Origin: Eutreptiella sp. 'Long Island Sound 2002'
Lineage: Eukaryota > Protista > Euglenida
Assembly (NCBI GenBank): GCA_964036045.1
Contig: OZ038378.1
Coordinates: forward strand, 143,592,001 to 143,656,000
DNA: 64,000 nucleotides
Direction: 5' to 3'
The notes below the pieces were generated by a model, which was not told where the DNA came from, did not search any database, and saw only the letters and a list, made by a program, of their open reading frames with translations. Below are positions 57,480 to 64,000 of the stretch, one piece after another. A program made the position numbers and the translations under genes. Position 1 is the stretch's first letter, and every line of letters starts with the position of its first letter.

Positions 57480-59790
57480 TAGCGATTTCTAGAAGGGTCG
57501 GAGCTGGGTCGGTGGGTGCGGGAATGCCTGCGGTCCGGTGCGCGGGATCGGTGGCTTGATGTCCTCCGTGTGTGTTTGCCAGGGGCCCGGCTAAGGCTCT
57601 TGGAGCGCCGCCTCCTCCATTTTGTGGAGTGGGGTCGTGAGGCGGCCAGGGACCTCCGGCAGCTCGATTTTTTGCATCTCGTCGCACTGGCATTGTCGTC
57701 GCTGGACCCGGAGGTGTGGGAGTCCTTGTTGCATGACTCCACGTCCCCGAAGTTGCTGATGTAGAGGATTAGGGAGGAGGTTTTGCAGCGTGGATTGGTT
57801 GTGGTGGGAAATGTTAGGATTCCGCGTGATATTTGGGATAGGCATGTGCCGAGCTCGATTGAGTCGGTGGCGAGTAACCATTTCTCTGGGGTGCCCCCCC
57901 CCCCCCCCGTCGGAGGAGGCGGTGATCATGCTGCATGCGTTGCTCGCTCAGACCTTATTGTTCCGCTTGCCGCCGGGGTCCCCGGGTCCTAATGGGGGGT
58001 GTTTGCTATCCCGAAGACTCTAGAGAAGTGCAGCCTGATCATCAATCTGATACCAATAAATAGAGCTATGCGGCGCAGGCCGGAGAAGTTGTTGCTGCCG
58101 TCGGTGGAGGTCCTGGCCCTTCTGGGGCAAGTGGCGCCACAGGACTCCTCCTTTTTTTCTGCCCTCCTTCTACGGCAGGGCGAGGTGCCTCCGCCCAGTA
58201 CGGGATGTTTTGTCCGTGCTGGGTGGAGGTGGGGACGCCGTTGTGTATGTGGGACAAAGACCCCAGTAACCGCTCTTGGTCGCTGCGCCTCCGGAAGCGT
58301 GTTGGGGTGCGTATCGTATCTCGGATGGTGAGGGTGGCGTGTTGGCATTTCGGTGTCTTCCGTTCAGGTGGAAGTATAGCCCGATATTATGCCAACGGGT
58401 GTAGGAGCGGCTGATAGAGGAGGCTAGGTTGGTGGGGGTCTTGGTTTTAATATATTGGTGGTGGGGACGGGGAGGACACGGGTGCACACGCAAGCAAGGT
58501 GTGTGGTGGACGTGTTGCGCGCAGCTGGCGCGGCTATAAGCCCCAAAAGTACTCTTGAGCCGGTAGCGCGCTTGGTGTGGCTGGGCAAGGACGTCGACTT
58601 GGGGGTGGGGGGTAGCTTGCGGACGGCGGGGAATGCATGGGAGGCGTTGTTGGCGCACTGGTTGCGCCTGTCGGTGGGCGTGTGCAGTGTGAGGAGGTTG
58701 CAGCAGTTTTTTGGGTGCGCGCAATGGATCTACACGCCTTCTTTTGGACATTGCCCGCACTTGCCGGGAGTTTGGGCCCATGTACTTTGGGGACCCCCCC
58801 AACTGTAGTTTTCTCCCCTCAAGCTCGTGCGCTCTATGTGCGTTGCTTGCGTGCTAGCGTTGCCGGGCTGGACTGTGTTGTCGCTGCCAAAGGAGGTGCA
58901 TAGAGGGCCTATGTATGTGTGTGTGGATGCAGCTTGCAATGCAGGGGTCTACTGCTTGGGGCTGTTCTTGCTTGCGTTGGGATCCTGTTCCGTCGTTCCA
59001 TCAGAGCAGCCGCCAAATCAATAGTGTGGTGAAGCAAAAGCCCTCTTATGGGGTATCAAACCGGGTTTAGGTATGCGCACTTGTTCGGGATAATGCGGCG
59101 GCACTGATCCAGTCCCTCAAGTGTAAACCGGGGATGGGCCGAAGGTATCAGCAGCAATTGCTGAAGAGCTTTAGGTACCTCTGGGCATCCTGCCCTGGCT
59201 TCACCGTGTACTGCCACTAGGTGCGAGGATCGGTCAAGGTTTTGCTTAGTGTCCGTCCTACCCCACCCCGGGGGGGGGGGGGGTCTGGCAGAATTTCAGG
59301 GTGGGTGGGTGTCCAACCCCCCCCCCCCCGGGGTGGGGTGGGACTTTGTGGGGGCCCTTGGGTCTATTGAGCCAGTGCCACTTCTTTCTTTCTTCTGTTG
59401 CAAGTTCCATGTAACATGTTTATTTATGGTGTGTTTACATGGTATTGCATATCACGTGTGCATGCCCCTCGCCCATAAAGGGGCTAGGATGCATTGTCAT
59501 TTGTGTCAAATGCGAAGGGGGCAATGGTAAAACATGATGGTTGTTCACCTCTGTGGAAAAACTTGGTCTTCTGTATTGCATGTCTCAATTGGGTATGTGG
59601 GTGGGTGGGTGGGTGGGTGGGTGTCAACCCCCCCCCCCCCCGGGGGGGGGGTGGGACATTTGTCGGTCTGTGGGTATGCCAAAATTCTGGGTGGGTGGGT
59701 CCCTGAATTAACCCCCCCCCCCCCCTAGGGTGGCTAAGCAAAACCCTGGGATCGGTTAACCCAACCGACCCCATCAGTACGTTACAAGAC
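57480..59790 (+). pseudogene. Decayed DIRS/Ngaro-like (tyrosine-recombinase class) retroelement RT-RNase H
   Basis: Ordered, frameshifted motifs FAIPKT.EKCSLIINL..IN, KDPSNRSWSLRL, CLPFRWKYSPILCQ, VLIY, KSTLEP..RLVWLGK.VD, VCVDAA, EAKALL. After removing the hAT insert, VRGSVNPTDPIS is the RNase H terminal motif. Confidence 0.7.
59235..59748. mobile_element. 514-bp non-autonomous hAT-type element
   Basis: 15-bp TIRs CA(A/G)GGTTTTGCTTAG (1 mismatch) and a perfect 8-bp TSD GGATCGGT (59227-34 / 59749-56). Confidence 0.85.
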
Positions 59791-62700
59791 CAATTTGGAG
59801 GGAATTTGGATGGCGCGGGGGATGGCGACACGTAGAGTAGGGGATTTGTGGGCATTCCCGGATGAGGAAACGGTTTTCCTCTGGACCCTAGGGGTGCCTA
59901 TGGGGCCATTTGTGCTCCCCTACGCGTGGTATGCAGGGCTTTGATCGCCGATAAATGATGATGGATGGGGCGGAGTTTCATGACATATTCTTCAATACCG
60001 CCTGGAAGAATCCTTGGGGATCATGTCCTAACCCCCCCCCCCCCCCCGCCAGGGGTCTTCCGGTGGTAGTGCTTGCGTTGGGTCCTTTCCAGGTTTCAGT
60101 GTTTTTGCTCAATTTTTGCCTGCTGTTTCCGATGCCTTGCCGCAAGAGGGGCAAGAAGAGGCGCGGCAAACGCAGACACGGCTGGTCTGCGGAGGCCGTT
60201 GCGTGATGCAAGGCCGCCCACTCGGCGGTCTTTAAGGAGCGGCTTTGCGGGGTGGTGGCGCGCCTCCCGGTGCGCCGAGTTCTGCTGGGCAACGGCTACC
60301 GCTTGCACGTCTGGTCCGCGGCCACTGAGACGGTGGGGTCCGACATTGTGGCGCGCGCGATGGTGGGCATTGCCAGGCGCCTTGGTGGGATTGCAGGCCA
60401 GCGCGTGACGGCGGGAGGGAGTGGGAAGGTAAAGGAGCCAGGGAGGCACACCTGCCGCGACGCATTGTTGGTGGCGATGGGCGGTGTGAGGGTGGTGATC
60501 ACGTACACCACCTGGAATGGAGGGCGCCCCTGTGTGGTGCCGTACCTTTGGGTCCAGGGCCTCTGGCCTCTGGTGGTGTGTGTGGCCCACCTGTTCCGCG
60601 CTTGATGATGGTGCCAGGTCCTGTCCCGTCCACCCTGTCCTCCCTCAGATTCCCTTCTGGCATTGGCGGCTGTCGAGGGGTGCCGGGTTGGGGGGAGGTT
60701 TCTATTTTGGCGATTTGGCGGTGTTTTTGCCGGGGTGCAGAGTTTGGCAGGAACAAGCCCCACGGGGATGCGGCACACTGACGAGTTGTTTGTCCGCTTT
60801 CTCGTGTTGTTGCGTGTGTGCTTCCGTTGTATTGCTAAATCTTAGCTCACCTTCTGAGCTATGGTTTAGCTTTGTTCGCTGTGTGTTTGCGTGTATGCGT
60901 GCAGTGTGCGTGCCTTTGTTTTTGCCAGAGTGCAGTTTTTTGCATTTGAGTCTGCAGCCTGCCCTTCCCAACCATGACACTATGAGCGAGTCTATTGTCC
61001 GTTTCCGGGCCCTGATGACACTTCCCCACGGGGATGCGGCTCACTAACCAGGGCAAGCCCCATGCGGGGGTACGTATACGTCAGCCACCTTCAATGACTG
61101 GGCCCAATTAGTGGGGTTAGTGCTGGGAGCAAAGATGCTGCCGTATATGCGTCCGGCGTCCGGTGTGCGGCGCCCACAGTGCCATCTGGGAACCTCTTGC
61201 ATGCCGTATACTGCTCTTATGAAGAAATTTGCGTCTCCACCACCACCTCCATGGCACCCCCGGGGCGCATTGGCTCTGCCCATAGGGTCCAAGGAGCCTT
61301 TTGTTTATGATAGATACCCAGTGGACAGATGTTCCGCGGGCCAAGTTTTCCAGTGTGGTCACCAAGGTCTTACAGGACAGTGATGAGCTTTAGCGGAACG
61401 GGTGGGTCATGGTCTTCAATGATGGATCATCCAAGAGAGTATGAGGGTGGGACCATGCAGGCTACGGGTGTTTTTACGGGGATAGACACCCGCCCAATGC
61501 CTCAGCATTCGGGTCTGAGGTGGAGCTCCAGTCGAACAATTGTGCTGAAATCAAGGCAGTGCTACATGCCCCAGAGCATAAAAAAGAAGGAAAGGTTGGC
61601 AGTGGTGATTGACTTTGAATGTGTCTTTGATGGACTTACTAAACATATTCTGTGCTGGGAACGCCAAGGGTGGAGAGCCGCCTAGGGGCCTGTGTCACAC
61701 AGAGAGGATTTTAATTCTCGAGTTAATGAGAAGGCATCAACGAACAGTGCGATTCCTCTAGGTACCGTCTCAAGTGGGGATTATTGGGAATGAGGGGGCG
61801 GATGAACTGGCGGAATGAGGCGGAATGGCTCATCCACGCGCAGCGCAAAGAGGATGGTGATGGAGTGGGCCGTGTTAGGAAGGCAAGACACTGACCTACC
61901 ATTCGTGGGCGGGTAGTGAGTGAAACGTGGGGGCACCCAGCGAGGACACTGCAAAGGGCGAGTGTGCCGCCACCGAACAACCGTCGGTTTTCGATGGCAG
62001 CCAACACGAGAAGCGAGTGGAGGCACAAACCGGAGGGGGATGAATATGAGATTTTTCTGGCTAACCTATTAGGACAACAGACGGGGGGGGGGGGGGGGTA
62101 AGCGTGCCATGAGGTGACCGACTCAGGAGATCCGGACTGTCCCTGCTCTCTATTTAGGCGCTTCGCTTGGGCACTATCCACAAAATCACAAGTGTGCCTT
62201 TGACTTTAAATCGCTTTCTCTTACTCTTTGCCTGAGGGCAGCGAACCTTGCGTTGTGAACTGATTTGTGTGGGGCCGGATCCTATGAGTTGGGGTACCCG
62301 GTTAGCCAAGTATTTGTCTATATGCCAGCAACAGGACGAGACAGATGTGGACTAGAGGGAGGTGGAGCATGAAACACCATGGTTCTTCAAGCTACACCCA
62401 CAGCGAGTAACCCCCGACCCGTCACTTGAGAAGAAGAACTTGCGGCAGCAGTGCCTGTATAAGCCTCCAAAGCACAAGACAAGCGTCAAATCACACACAC
62501 CAACGCAACACACCCACCGCAAGGTGCAAGGATTGGTTGCCGAGCCCTTGACTTACGCAACAAAAGCAGAAGCCGTATGGTTGCTGAGCACCTTGTCGCT
62601 AGGGGATGAATAAATGTGTCGCAAGCTGCGACCGTCCCTTGGACACGTGCCGCAACGTCTACCTCTCCCCGCCCACGTGAGTGACGAAGTTTCATAGTTC

Positions 62701-64000
62701 CTGGAGACGAGGAGATGCCTCGCAAACACACTCCTATGAGACCGTCACTACCAAGGATGTGTCCACCGCAACTTCCTCAAACTCATGAAGTGCCACACAC
62801 GCACGTACACCACCTACAACAACCAAAAACGTCACATACTGAACACACTGATCAAAGGCCCTCTGGCAAAACGTTTCACACTGTGGCGGGCACGACGGAA
62901 AAGGCTGCTTCACTGCCACAAGTCGCAGGTTGAAGAGCACACCGGACTGATGGAGATGATGTATAACCATACAATAATACATACGGCTAGAGCATACATG
63001 GCTGTGCCAGCAAGGGTGGTATCAGCAAGAAAGACCAGGTCCATTGGGAGTACAAGCAGGACTTGTACAAATATTTCACAGACAAGCTCAACAGTCAACA
63101 GAGTGAAACACCCCAGGCCCCCGACCCGATGACTGTCCCAATAGCAAACAGCGCTCGCTGCTAAGTTTTTCCGAAGAACCCAACCACGTCAGCACTTTGA
63201 GTGTTTTCGCTGTATCAATACCTAGCAGGTCTTACCTCTCCTTTTTGCGCCTTTCTCTCGCACTCATGTTCCAGAATCTCCCAGACAGGTATTGCTGACA
63301 CGGCGTGGCAATCATATCTTGCTCCATTTGCATGGTTGTTGATATAGCCTGTGTCCTGCAGGGGATGGCCAAGGTTTCGGTCCTTCGATTTCATGCATCA
63401 CATGTGTGTGTGTGTGTGTGTGTGTGTGTCATCAACAGCAAGAGAAATATTGTAGATACATGGAGGCCATGTGTATATGGGCCGCCAGGTGGAATCATCA
63501 TCCACATCCTGCCGAATGGCAGGTCGCGGGTCTCTGGGAGATGTTCTACTTTGGCACGCCTACAGCACACTGTGCAGCTTTGTACCTTAGTGTTCATAGC
63601 TATGCCTCATACTCACAAACGGTCGCAAAGTGAGTGATGATTGTGCCCCAGACATCTTGACCCCAACATTCATAGCTCACATTGATCAGCATGCTGGAGT
63701 CCCCCCATCACCACAGTGCCAAACCCCCTCAGACCCCCCAAGAAAGTGGCTCCCGCACCCCTTGTCTTTATGCCGTGTAGAAACAACCGGAATCCCTCAA
63801 TACCAACTCAGCACCAGGTTTTGGGGGCTTTCAAGTTGGCATTTGTTCAGTTGTTCAAAGGCCCCATCGCTCTGATCATACATGGGGGGGGGGTCAGTTG
63901 TATCCAGTGCTCACACCCAATTCGGGTGTGAGACAGGGATGCCCCTTATCACCAACCCTGTCTTTGATGTTGATCTCGCCAATTGTGAGGAAACAACAGC

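Noticed and set aside
61044-63200. Possible decayed coding sequence (e.g. minus-strand KVADVYVPP, APE-like)
   Set aside because: One weak motif with many stops; not assignable.

Overview
Eukaryotic, repeat-rich genomic DNA with GT-AG introns, microsatellites, many C/G homopolymer runs and mosaic interspersed repeats. My inference is a photosynthetic protist, with a repeat style and N-terminal targeting signals suggestive of a euglenid; this is not proven. Host genes: (1) an intronless bacterial-type methylenetetrahydrofolate reductase (5034-6038); (2) a two-exon helical-repeat protein of about 1,120 aa, with about 19 OPR-like 39-aa repeats and a C-terminal RAP domain (9803-12703 + 14673-15134); (3) an orphan terminal exon (19714-20530); (4) a three-exon OST-alpha/TMEM184-family membrane protein (42841-43074, 46556-46767, 49683-50346). 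The most striking element is an apparently full-length, young 9.6-kb APE-type non-LTR retrotransposon (29391-39023) with a perfect 20-bp target-site duplication. It carries an ORF1, an extra ORF with PY motifs, a 2A-like DVHPNPGP, APE and RT domains with a roughly 115-120 aa insertion between the QG and YADD motifs, and a long disordered tail. It is inserted in the terminal inverted repeat of a TA-flanked, poly-C/poly-G-capped MITE. A second copy of that MITE carries an independent insertion at almost the same site. Also present: a 35 x 33-bp minisatellite forming a complete His-rich ORF (Cys-rich on the other strand), a decayed DIRS/Ngaro-like RT-RNase H element interrupted by a hAT-type MITE, and several tRNA-derived SINE-like sequences.
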